Notes: a model not told the origin generated them from the sequence alone. A DNA stretch of 52,358 bases from Candidatus Woesearchaeota archaeon UBA489 (GCA_002505585.1 DAVM01000016.1:1-52358); one strand, 5' to 3'. Counted from the stretch's first letter, positions 19,631 to 27,745 are shown. Numbers and translations: made by a program.

Positions 19631-19939
19631 ATGGCAAAAGCAAGAATCAATTTATCGAGTATTGATATTGATAAGATTAATCAGATTTGTTCTTCTATTA
19701 CTGATATTGCTCAGAAGACTAAGACTAAGATGTCTGGTCCTATTTCTTTGCCTACTAAGATGTTAAAGCACACTACTCGGAAATCTCCTTGTGGTGATGG
19801 TAAGGCTACTTGGGATAATTTTGAGATGCGTATTCATAAACGTTTAATTGATTTGGGTGTTGATGAAAAAGCTTTACGTTTGGTTATGCGTGTTCCTATT
19901 CCTGAAGGCGTAAATATTGAAATTGAGATGTTAGACTAA
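19631..19939 (+). CDS. rps10: 30S ribosomal protein S10 (uS10)
   Basis: GPISLPTK, RKSPCGDG, MRIHKRLID. Confidence 0.96.
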   Translation: MAKARINLSSIDIDKINQICSSITDIAQKTKTKMSGPISLPTKMLKHTTRKSPCGDGKATWDNFEMRIHKRLIDLGVDEKALRLVMRVPIPEGVNIEIEMLD

Positions 19940-20035
19940 ATATTCTTACAGCATTTTTTTAGAATAAATTATTTTTTAATTAGTGGTATTGCACAACATA
20001 AGAAACCTTATAAAGAATAGAATTTTTAGAAACAT

Positions 20036-20728
20036 ATGAATCTTAATAAAAGAAACAAAAATAATGTAATTTCAAGGTGGAAGAAAATTCATGAAGAAGA
20101 AGAAAAATACATTAAAGAAAACAAAAAGAAAACAAAGCATCTAAGAGCAAGATTATGTGGTTTTTTAGCCGGAGATGGAAACGTTTTAGTTGCAGGGAAA
20201 GGGAAAAATAAACATAATACAGTTAGATTCTTCCCAGATCACAGTTCTTTAATCAAATCTTTTGAAGAAATAATTTCGAAAACATACAATAAAAGCGTTA
20301 AAATAAAAAAGAAGAAAAACCACTATTTCCTCACAGTAGACTCCAAACCAATAGTCAAGGATGTGTTATCACTAGCAAAATTTGGAACTTATGATTGGAA
20401 TATACCTAAAAATTTAGCAAATCTAGAGAAAATTGAATGGTTACGCGCATTTTTCGATTGCGAAGGTTATGTCCATAAAAAATATATTAGAGTACAATCA
20501 GTAAATGAAAAAGGCCTAACTGAAGTTAAAAAATTGCTTGGAAGCATAAGAATAAACTCAAAATTTTATAGCCATATTCCTAAGAATAAAAAACATAGTG
20601 AAGTATTTATCCTCAATATAGGAAGAAAAGAGGATAGGGAAAGGTATCTGGAATTAGTTGGTTTTAACCATACAATAAAGCTTAAAAAGCTTCAAAATCA
20701 GCTGGAAAAGAATGCCGTGATCGCATAA
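20036..20728 (+). CDS. Free-standing double-motif LAGLIDADG homing endonuclease overlapping the 5' end of tRNA-Ser
   Basis: LCGFLAGDGNV and WLRAFFDCEGYV motifs, C-terminal VGFNHTIKLKKL; stop codon lies inside the tRNA. Confidence 0.9.
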   Translation: MNLNKRNKNNVISRWKKIHEEEEKYIKENKKKTKHLRARLCGFLAGDGNVLVAGKGKNKHNTVRFFPDHSSLIKSFEEIISKTYNKSVKIKKKKNHYFLTVDSKPIVKDVLSLAKFGTYDWNIPKNLANLEKIEWLRAFFDCEGYVHKKYIRVQSVNEKGLTEVKKLLGSIRINSKFYSHIPKNKKHSEVFILNIGRKEDRERYLELVGFNHTIKLKKLQNQLEKNAVIA

Positions 20729-20838
20729 TCTGGTATTGCACAAAATAATTATTCTAACGAATTTTTATGTGTAGGCCTGGAATATCGGATAGAGAGCTTG
20801 GCCCTTTGGGCATCCCGGTTCAAATCCGGGTCGCGGCG
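20714..20838 (+). tRNA. tRNA-Ser(GGA) with two introns (20744-20774 at 29/30; ~20783-20794 at 37/38)
   Basis: GCCGTGA/TCGCGGC acceptor with G73, long variable arm GCCC-TTT-GGGC. Intron 1 BHB-like: GCAC/GTGT, AA|A, AG|G; splicing yields a perfect CAAGC/GCTTG anticodon stem. Confidence 0.9.
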
Positions 20839-20894
20839 TATTTTTTCCAAAATAAAAACATAAAGTTTATAAAGAAGTAAGATATTCTTACTTT

Positions 20895-21146
20895 GTGGAA
20901 ATTACTAAATTAAGTACTAAAGGACAAGTTGTCATACCAGAGAAATTAAGAGATGATATAGAAGTAGGAGAAGCTTTTATAGTATCAAAAAAAGGAGATC
21001 TTCTTGTATTAAAGAAGGTAAAAAACTTAACTAAAGAAGAGATTAAAGAACTTGAAGAGCTACAAAAGATATGGAAAGAAATTGATGAAGGAAAATCTAA
21101 AACATTTACAGAAAAAGAATTCTTAAAAGACATGGAAACATGGTGA
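20895..21146 (+). CDS. AbrB/MazE/SpoVT-family antitoxin
   Basis: TKLSTKGQVVIPEKLR swapped-hairpin motif; acidic C-terminus; GTG start. Confidence 0.85.
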   Translation: MEITKLSTKGQVVIPEKLRDDIEVGEAFIVSKKGDLLVLKKVKNLTKEEIKELEELQKIWKEIDEGKSKTFTEKEFLKDMETW

Positions 21147-21152
21147 TTTTTT

Positions 21153-21401
21153 ATGGAAAGAAAAGTAATACTTTCTAGTACATTCACCAAACAAATCAAA
21201 CGTCTTGATAATACAGTAAAAACGAAATTTAAGAAGCAAATTCTAAAGATTATAAAAAATCCAGAAGTAGGAAAACCACTAAAGTATATGAGAGGTGAAA
21301 GAAGTCTTTATGTTAAACCGTTTAGGATCATTTATACTTATAGAAAAGAAGAAAATGAGATTGTTTTATTAAAATTCAATCATAGAAAAAAAGTGTATTA
21401 G
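21153..21401 (+). CDS. RelE/ParE-family toxin
   Basis: F.KQIKRL...NPEVGKPL...FRIIY...HRKKVY pattern. Confidence 0.88.
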   Translation: MERKVILSSTFTKQIKRLDNTVKTKFKKQILKIIKNPEVGKPLKYMRGERSLYVKPFRIIYTYRKEENEIVLLKFNHRKKVY

Positions 21402-21494
21402 TCCTATAATCTCTTCCTTTTAGTTTTTTGGTCTCATAAGAGTCGCGGTGTTTTTCTCCAAAGTACTTAAATAACACTACTCCTCTAAAATAAT

Positions 21495-22055
21495 ATGTCT
21501 ATTAAAAAAGTTCATTATAAAAAAGCTAGAAAGAGTATAAAACCTGGAGATTTACTTTTTTGTAGCGGTGAGTATTTTATCAGTAAACTAATAAAAAGAT
21601 TTTCTAAATCTATCTTTAGTCATGTTGCTTTTGTTTTTGAGTGGCATAACAGAATTCTTGTTTTTGAGAGTGTTGAAGATGATGGCATTAGAATTATGCC
21701 TCTTTCTCACTAATTATACAATTATGAAAACACCAAGAAAAAATATAAAGGAAGAATATTCATTGGAAGGTATAAACAACAGATTACTGCAACTGAAATG
21801 AGTCGCATGATCCGTTTTGCAGTTGATTTTCTTAATTTAAATTATGATCGTGGTGAAGTATTGAAAATTGCTTTCCGTATTATGACAGGAAAAGCAAGAC
21901 ATGTAGATGATAGTAAATATATGTGTTCTGAATTCGTTGATCTTTGTTTCAAGCAAATCTCTAGAACACTCAATCATAGTAATAAAGGATTTATCCATCC
22001 TGAGCATATAGCTACTGATAAAAATGTTGTAATACTTCAAGAGCTTGTTCCTTAA
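21495..22055 (+). pseudogene. Permuted papain-like (YiiX/YebB, NlpC/P60) protein with internal TAA at 21711-21713
   Basis: KPGDLLF and FSHVA (His) in the first half, YMCSEFV (Cys) in the second; both ORFs share a frame and are separated by one stop. Confidence 0.8.
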
Positions 22056-22104
22056 GTTATTAAATAGCGAAACTGTAATAAAGGCTTCTCTCTTCTCTTT
22101 TTTC

Positions 22105-22827
22105 ATGAAAAAAAGCATATTTTTACTTCTTTTTTTACTCCCTATTCTTGCTCTAGCTCAGGAAATCCCTAAACTTTCTTCTCCTGTTACTGATGCTGGA
22201 GAGATGTTGTCTCCTGAGGCTGAGAAACAGATTACTGCTTTAATTATAAGCATTGAGCAAGCTACTACTGCTGAAATTGTTGTTTTAACTGTTCCTTCTT
22301 TAGAAGGTATGAGCAAGGAAGAGTTTTCTGCTGCTGTTTTTGAAAAGAATAAATTTGGAAAAAAGGATAAAGATAATGGTTTATTACTTTTAATTTCTCG
22401 TGATGATCGTGTTTATCGTGCTGAAGTTGGGTATGGTTTAGAACCTTATATTACTGATGCTCAAAAGGTTGGTATTGGTACTAGAATTATTGAAACTCAT
22501 TTTAAGCAGGGTAATTTTGATCAAGGTGTTTTTGATGCTGTTGCTGCTATGGGTGGTTTAATTAATGGTGAGGAAGATGTTATTTCTAAGTATGGAAGTT
22601 CTGCTGGTGTTGCTTCTAGATCTACATTTTCTTTGATTATGAATATTATTTTTATTATACTTTTTGTTTCTATTATTTTAGGTAGATCTGGTTTTTGGTT
22701 TTTCCCTATTTTTATTGGTGGTAATTCTAAGGGTGGCATGAGTAGCGGTGGTTTTGGTTCTTCAGGCTTCGGAGGAGGATTTGGTGGAGGTTCATTTTCT
22801 GGAGGAGGATTTGGAGGATCGTTTTAG
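22105..22827 (+). CDS. TPM-domain (YgcG-like) membrane protein
   Basis: Signal peptide, DNGLLLLI...EVGYGLE, TM helix, Gly-rich tail GGGSFSGGGFGGSF. Confidence 0.9.
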   Translation: MKKSIFLLLFLLPILALAQEIPKLSSPVTDAGEMLSPEAEKQITALIISIEQATTAEIVVLTVPSLEGMSKEEFSAAVFEKNKFGKKDKDNGLLLLISRDDRVYRAEVGYGLEPYITDAQKVGIGTRIIETHFKQGNFDQGVFDAVAAMGGLINGEEDVISKYGSSAGVASRSTFSLIMNIIFIILFVSIILGRSGFWFFPIFIGGNSKGGMSSGGFGSSGFGGGFGGGSFSGGGFGGSF

Positions 22828-23507
22828 TCACTTTTTAAAACCTCTTCTATTTTATCTACACATAATTGAACATTAGTTTTTATGTCTACTTCCCAAAATC
22901 TTAGGTACTTCCAACCATTTTTTATTAACAATTCATTTTGTATTTTATCTCTCTTTATGTTTTTCTCTTGCACTTCATTTATTTCATGGTTGTTTTTAAC
23001 TAACCAATCAGGGTTTGCATGCCAATAGTCCCCATCACAAAATACAATTAATTTCTCTTTAGCAAAAATTAAATCAGGTTGAAACCTAGCTAATACAACT
23101 GAATGTTTTTCAAACTTAATGCCTCTTTTTCGCAATTCATCTTGCATCATTACTTCTATGTTTGTGTCTCTTGGAGGAAATATTTGTTTTAATCTAGCAT
23201 TTCTTATCTTTTCTATGACATCTTTTGTATATACATTTGTCTTTCCTTTATTCCAAGGTATAATACCTTTTTTGAATTGAGTCTTTTCTACTCTTTCTTT
23301 AATCTTAGGACGTTGCATAGCAATTTTTGTATTTTGACTTATTTTTAATCTAACTTCGGGTGGGTGCCCTCTTCCTGTTGTCCAAGGAATGTTTCCTTTT
23401 TTGTATTGGGTTTTCTCTACTTTACGTCTAATTTCTGGTCTTTGCATAGCCTCTTTAGTCTTAATGCTAATATTTCTCTTATGTTCTTCTGTAAATACTC
23501 TTACCAT
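22824..23507 (-). CDS. NUMOD3-like repeat plus Vsr/DUF559-type endonuclease (putative free-standing homing endonuclease)
   Basis: Duplicated 'KIS..TK.AMQRP.I...VEKTQ.KKG.IPW' unit; C-terminal PD.....VFCDGDYWH...RD......GW..LRFWE. Confidence 0.8.
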   Translation of the reverse strand: MVRVFTEEHKRNISIKTKEAMQRPEIRRKVEKTQYKKGNIPWTTGRGHPPEVRLKISQNTKIAMQRPKIKERVEKTQFKKGIIPWNKGKTNVYTKDVIEKIRNARLKQIFPPRDTNIEVMMQDELRKRGIKFEKHSVVLARFQPDLIFAKEKLIVFCDGDYWHANPDWLVKNNHEINEVQEKNIKRDKIQNELLIKNGWKYLRFWEVDIKTNVQLCVDKIEEVLKSD

Positions 23508-23664
23508 TTAATCTTAATTTTTTAAACTTTTAATATGCTTTATAGGGGTACTTGAGAAGTAAGAATTGTTTGGGCTAGCTAAATCTTTAAAAAGAGACGG
23601 AAAGCTTTCGGTTTCTTCGGAATTATAACAAGCTTTTTAAGTAAGAAAAGTCTTAGTTTCCACA

Positions 23665-24303
23665 ATGAAAAATTTTATTGAAGATATTAAAAAAGTTTTA
23701 GGTGATAATTTAATCTTAATTGGTGAGTATAGTAGAAAGGATCGTAATTATGTTATTGTTGTTGAGTCTTTAACTTATGCTAATTTACAATCTCTCAAAC
23801 CTTTAGTTGCTAGTTTTTTCAAAAGGTCTAAGACATATCCTTTGCTTTTAACTAAAAAGGAAGTCGTTAATGGTGTTGATGTTTTCCCTTTGGATTTCTT
23901 AAATTTAAAGAACACTATCACTGTTTTGCACGGAGAAAATATTTTCAAAGATTTGAAGGTTGACAAGAAGCATGTGCGTCATGAATTAGAGTTTGAAGTT
24001 CGTTCTAAATTGATGACTTTCAGACGTATTGTTTTACAGCTAAAATCTAAGAAGGATATTGTTCTTGTTCTCCAAAATACTGTTGTTACTCTCCTTCCTT
24101 TGTTCAATGGTTTACTTTTCCTAAAGGGGAAATCTAGGATTGCTAGTGTGAATGCTCTTTTGGATGAACTTGAAGAACTCTACAAGATGGACTTTTCTAT
24201 TTTGAAACAATTCAATAAGCCTAAAGTGATTGCTTCTGATGAGAATATTGCTACTGTGCATTTGTTTTTGTCAGATTTGGCTAAGTTGATTGATAAGTTG
24301 TAA
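23665..24303 (+). CDS. Nucleotidyltransferase-like protein of the lemA/TPM cluster
   Basis: DVFPLDF...LHGE..F.DL......R..LE.E.RSKL pattern, as seen next to lemA/TPM genes; catalytic N-terminus looks degenerate. Confidence 0.6.
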   Translation: MKNFIEDIKKVLGDNLILIGEYSRKDRNYVIVVESLTYANLQSLKPLVASFFKRSKTYPLLLTKKEVVNGVDVFPLDFLNLKNTITVLHGENIFKDLKVDKKHVRHELEFEVRSKLMTFRRIVLQLKSKKDIVLVLQNTVVTLLPLFNGLLFLKGKSRIASVNALLDELEELYKMDFSILKQFNKPKVIASDENIATVHLFLSDLAKLIDKL

Positions 24304-24340
24304 GAGATACATTTTTAAACTCTTAAAAAAACTCAAAACT

Positions 24341-24907
24341 ATGGCAAAGAAGAGAAATTGGACTCCTTGGATTATTGTTGGTATTTTGGTTATCTTAGTC
24401 CTTTGGACTGTTGGTACTTATAACTCTCTTATAGGTTTAGACAATGGTGTTGAAGAGAAGTGGGCTCAGGTTGAAAACCAATATCAAAGAAGAGCTGATT
24501 TAATTCCTAATTTGATTAATACTGTTAAGGGTTTTGCTGCTCAGGAAAAAGACATTTTCCTTGAAGTTACTAAACTCCGTTCTCAATGGGCTGGTGCTAG
24601 TAGTCGTAATGAAAAATTGGCTGCTGCTAAAGGTTTAGATTCTGGTATTTCTAAATTATTATTAGTTGCTGAAAATTATCCTCAATTGAAGAGTAATGAG
24701 AATTTCTTAGCTCTCCAATCCCAATTAGAGGGTACTGAGAATCGTGTTGCTACTGAACGTAAAAGATATAATGAGATTGTTAGAAAATTCAACGTTAAAA
24801 TTAAGCGTTTCCCTAGTAATATTATTGCTGGTATGATGGGTTACGAAAAGAAAGATTACTTCGAGAGTGATGAAGGTTCTGAAACTGTTCCTAAAGTAGA
24901 ATTTTAG
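24341..24907 (+). CDS. lemA: LemA family protein
   Basis: YQRRADLIPNL, ENYPQLKS, LEGTENR, FPSNIIA. Confidence 0.95.
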   Translation: MAKKRNWTPWIIVGILVILVLWTVGTYNSLIGLDNGVEEKWAQVENQYQRRADLIPNLINTVKGFAAQEKDIFLEVTKLRSQWAGASSRNEKLAAAKGLDSGISKLLLVAENYPQLKSNENFLALQSQLEGTENRVATERKRYNEIVRKFNVKIKRFPSNIIAGMMGYEKKDYFESDEGSETVPKVEF

Positions 24908-24965
24908 TTGATTTTAAGAGAACATAGGAAGGTATATAAAGAAAGAGTGATTTTATCAAGATAAA

Positions 24966-25118
24966 ATGGAAACAATCACTATCCCAAAAATAAAATTTGA
25001 AGAAATGCAGGTAGAATTAAAAACATTAAGAAAGTCAAGATTATACCAAAGACTTCTCCAGTTTGAACAAAGAATTCTTCAAGGGAAAAAGTTTACAAGA
25101 GCAGATTTAGGGTTCTAA
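24966..25118 (+). CDS. 50-aa putative antitoxin (not in ORF track)
   Basis: METITIPKIKFEEMQVELKTLRKSRLYQRLLQFEQRILQGKKFTRADLGF; TATA box (ggtatataaa) ~25 nt upstream; resembles small archaeal antitoxins. Confidence 0.6.
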   Translation: METITIPKIKFEEMQVELKTLRKSRLYQRLLQFEQRILQGKKFTRADLGF

Positions 25119-25424
25119 AACCTTTTTTCTGATCTTTCTGATGGTTTGTTTTTGCTTTTTTTCAGAAGTTTTCATTTCATACTCAAAAAGATAGATTTCA
25201 TCAGTAGCTTTATTGTGTTTATAGTACACTCTTAGTGGTGGACGTTTCATTTTAATCTCATAAATAAAGAGTTGAGAATCAACTAGGTCTCCAGCCTGAG
25301 GACCAAGCTCTTCAATTTTATCAAAGATCTTAGATAAAAGAGTTCTCAGGAGTGCATTTTTGCCTGCTTGTTGAAGTTGTTTTAGTATAATATCATCAAA
25401 AACAAGGGGATAATTCTTTTCCAT
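25107..25424 (-). CDS. RelE-like toxin
   Basis: Size 105 aa; LGPQAG.L......IYEIK...PLRVYY......IYLF pattern. Confidence 0.65.
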   Translation of the reverse strand: MEKNYPLVFDDIILKQLQQAGKNALLRTLLSKIFDKIEELGPQAGDLVDSQLFIYEIKMKRPPLRVYYKHNKATDEIYLFEYEMKTSEKKQKQTIRKIRKKVLEP

Positions 25425-25505
25425 AGAGAACTAAACAAATACAATTCTATTTAAAGATTTGTTAAAAAAATACATCGTAATCTTTCCGATTTAAAAAAAA
25501 TAAAT

Positions 25506-25817
25506 TTATTTCTTTTTAATTTTCTTCTTCTCTTTTCCCTTCTCTTTCTTTTCCTTCACAGTCTTCTTAAACGCTTCTATTTGCTTTTCCGTTAAGCTTC
25601 CCCATCTACCGTATTGATATCTTATACTTCTTAAGAATGAATTTTCTTTGTACCATTCTATTGGTATTTGAAACAATTTTTTGAATTCTTTGTCTTCTAC
25701 TTCTTGTTCTACTACTTTCATCTCACAGTCCATGCAGGTTACAAATTTTTGTCTTTGCGAGGTTACTAATGCCCATTTGTTTTTACAGAGGGCACATCTT
25801 TGTTTGTATGCTACCAT
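25506..25817 (-). CDS. Hypothetical zinc-ribbon protein
   Basis: CALC...CMDC, GSLTEKQIEAFKK, Lys-rich tail. Confidence 0.65.
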   Translation of the reverse strand: MVAYKQRCALCKNKWALVTSQRQKFVTCMDCEMKVVEQEVEDKEFKKLFQIPIEWYKENSFLRSIRYQYGRWGSLTEKQIEAFKKTVKEKKEKGKEKKKIKKK

Positions 25818-25870
25818 CTTCTCAAGTTGGGTAAATAGACTTATAAAGGTATTTGTTATTCTTTCTTTTT

Positions 25871-26434
25871 ATGAAAGTTCGTTGTTCTTGGGTTGGTTCT
25901 CTTCCTTTAATGGTTGAATATCATGATACTGAGTGGGGTGTTCCTGTTCGTGATGATCTTAAATTGTTTGAATTTCTTGTTTTGGATTCTTTTCAAGCTG
26001 GTTTGAGTTGGGAGATCACTTTGAAGAAGAGGGAGGGTTTCAAAAAGGCTTTTCATAATTTTAATCCTAAAAAGATTGTTAAATTCACTTCTAAGGATGT
26101 TGAACGTTTAATGCTGGATGCTTCTATTATTCGTAATCGTTTAAAAATTGAGTCTACTATTTCTAATGCTCAAGCTTTTTTTGATATTGTTAAAGAATTT
26201 GGTTCTTTTAATAAGTATATTTGGCAGTTTACTAAGCATTCTACTATCAAAAACAAGTTCAAATCTATGAAACAAATTCCTTCTACTTCTAAAGAGTCTG
26301 ATGCTATGAGTAAGGATATGAAAAAGCGTGGTTTTCGTTTTGTTGGTTCTACTATTTGTTATGCTTTCATGCAGGGTGCTGGTTTAGTGAATGATCATAC
26401 TACTGATTGTTTTCGTTATAAACAAATAAAGTAA
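25871..26434 (+). CDS. tag: DNA-3-methyladenine glycosylase I
   Basis: RCSW, YHDTEWG, FQAGLSW, IIRNRLKI, GLVNDH...C. Confidence 0.95.
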   Translation: MKVRCSWVGSLPLMVEYHDTEWGVPVRDDLKLFEFLVLDSFQAGLSWEITLKKREGFKKAFHNFNPKKIVKFTSKDVERLMLDASIIRNRLKIESTISNAQAFFDIVKEFGSFNKYIWQFTKHSTIKNKFKSMKQIPSTSKESDAMSKDMKKRGFRFVGSTICYAFMQGAGLVNDHTTDCFRYKQIK

Positions 26435-26470
26435 AGGTTTTTAAAGAGTAGGCTTTTCTATTTAATTCCC

Positions 26471-26935
26471 ATGGGTTTTGGCAACAATCCCATTGTTTTC
26501 TTGACGAAGAGAATGTGGGAATTTTCTAAGGGAAATAGAAAGAGCGTTATACTTTTTAGTATATTGTTTGTTATTGCTAATATTATTGCTGCTCTTGATC
26601 CTTTAATTTTAGCTACTTTGTTGAATATTGTGCAAGAACAGGGGGTTACTCAAGAGAATATCTTCTTGCTCATTGGTTTGATTGCTTTATTTCCTTTGCT
26701 TTCTTTAGTGTTTTGGGCTTTGCATGGCCCTGCTCGTGTTTTGGTTGAGGTGAATGCTAATGTTAATGGTATGTTTCTTGGTTTTGGTGATGTTACTGTG
26801 AGTGTTGGTGGTAGTGCTGGTAAGGAATTGTTGTTTAAAGAGATTCCTCATTATTTGAAAGTGAAGAATTTGATTGAAGAGTCTAAGATTGCTCAAGAGC
26901 GTGGGTTAAGAAGAAGGGTTGTGCGGAGAAGATAG
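26471..26935 (+). pseudogene. Chimeric ORF: ABC-transporter TM N-terminus fused to a bPH-like C-terminus
   Basis: First ~90 aa resemble an ABC exporter start (…FWALHGPARV); the rest (LGFGDVTVSVGG...LLFKEIP) resembles a bacterial PH-domain end. Confidence 0.5.
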
Positions 26936-26966
26936 AAATATATACTAGTTCTTTGTTCTTTCTCTT

Positions 26967-27255
26967 ATGACTTTCGCTAATCGTGTATATAAATTAACGG
27001 AAAAGATTCCTAAGGGCAAGGTTACTACTTACAAAGATATTGCTCTTGCTTTGAATTGTAAGGCTTATCGTGCTATTGGTTCTGCTTTGAATAAAAATCC
27101 TTTTGCTCCTGAAGTTCCTTGTCATAGAGTGGTTAATAGTTCTGGTGCTTTGGGCGGTTTTGCCTCTGGTTTAAAAAAGAAGGTTTTTTACTAAAGAAAG
27201 TATTATCATTACTAAAAAGAAGATTGATTTGAATAAATTTGGTTACAAATATTAG
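26967..27255 (+). pseudogene. MGMT/Ogt-family alkyltransferase with frameshifted C-terminus
   Basis: IPKGKVTTY, active site PCHRVV; stop at 27194, while a plausible tail (KESIIITKKKIDLNKFGYKY) continues in another frame to 27255. Confidence 0.7.
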
Positions 27256-27341
27256 TTTTTAATGAAGTACCAAAGTGCTATGATTATAATAATGATTATG
27301 ATCCAGCCAACTTTGCCCATGCCTTTTCTGAAAAGTTTCAT
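27252..27341 (-). CDS. 29-aa single-TM micro-protein (not in ORF track)
   Basis: MKLFRKGMGKVGWIIIIIIIIALWYFIKN with strong AGGAGGT SD and upstream TTTAAATA box. Confidence 0.6.
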   Translation of the reverse strand: MKLFRKGMGKVGWIIIIIIIIALWYFIKN

Positions 27342-27396
27342 ATATCGACCTCCTTTCACTATTTGAAGTGTTTTAGATTTATTTAAAGGTTATGGG

Positions 27397-27430
27397 AAAA
27401 AAAGAAAAGGGAGTTCTTTCGAACCCCTTT
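27397..27430 (-). terminator. Hairpin plus U-tract terminator downstream of the basic protein gene
   Basis: aaaggg(a)gttc-tttc-gaaccccttt inverted repeat followed on the minus strand by a T-rich run. Confidence 0.6.
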
Positions 27431-27454
27431 GATAAGTAAGCTATTTGGCTTCAG

Positions 27455-27745
27455 TTATCGTCTTTTCTTTCTTACTGATCTAGTTTTTCTTCCAGATCTA
27501 ACTTTTCGAACAGTTTTTCTTGCACTTCTTTTTGGTGCTTTCCTTACTGTTCTCCTTGTTTTTCGAACAGTTTTTCTTGCACTTGTTTTACGAGTACTTC
27601 TTACTGCTCTTTTTGCTTTTCTAACAGTTTTCTTAGCTCCTCTTTTAGGTGCTTTTCTTACTGTTTTTCTTGCTTTACGGACAGTTGTTCTAGCTCGTGT
27701 TTTACGAGTAGCTTTTCCTGTTCGTCTTGTTTTTCGTTTTGTCAT
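27455..27745 (-). CDS. Histone H1/protamine-like Arg/Lys-rich repeat protein
   Basis: Repeats of (R/K)KTVRK(A/T) and RKAPKR; GGAGGTG SD upstream; no acidic residues. Confidence 0.8.
   Translation of the reverse strand: MTKRKTRRTGKATRKTRARTTVRKARKTVRKAPKRGAKKTVRKAKRAVRSTRKTSARKTVRKTRRTVRKAPKRSARKTVRKVRSGRKTRSVRKKRR

Noticed and set aside
21711-21713. Stop-codon reassignment (TAA read-through)
   Set aside because: TAA, TAG and TGA all terminate conserved genes at expected positions elsewhere in the window.
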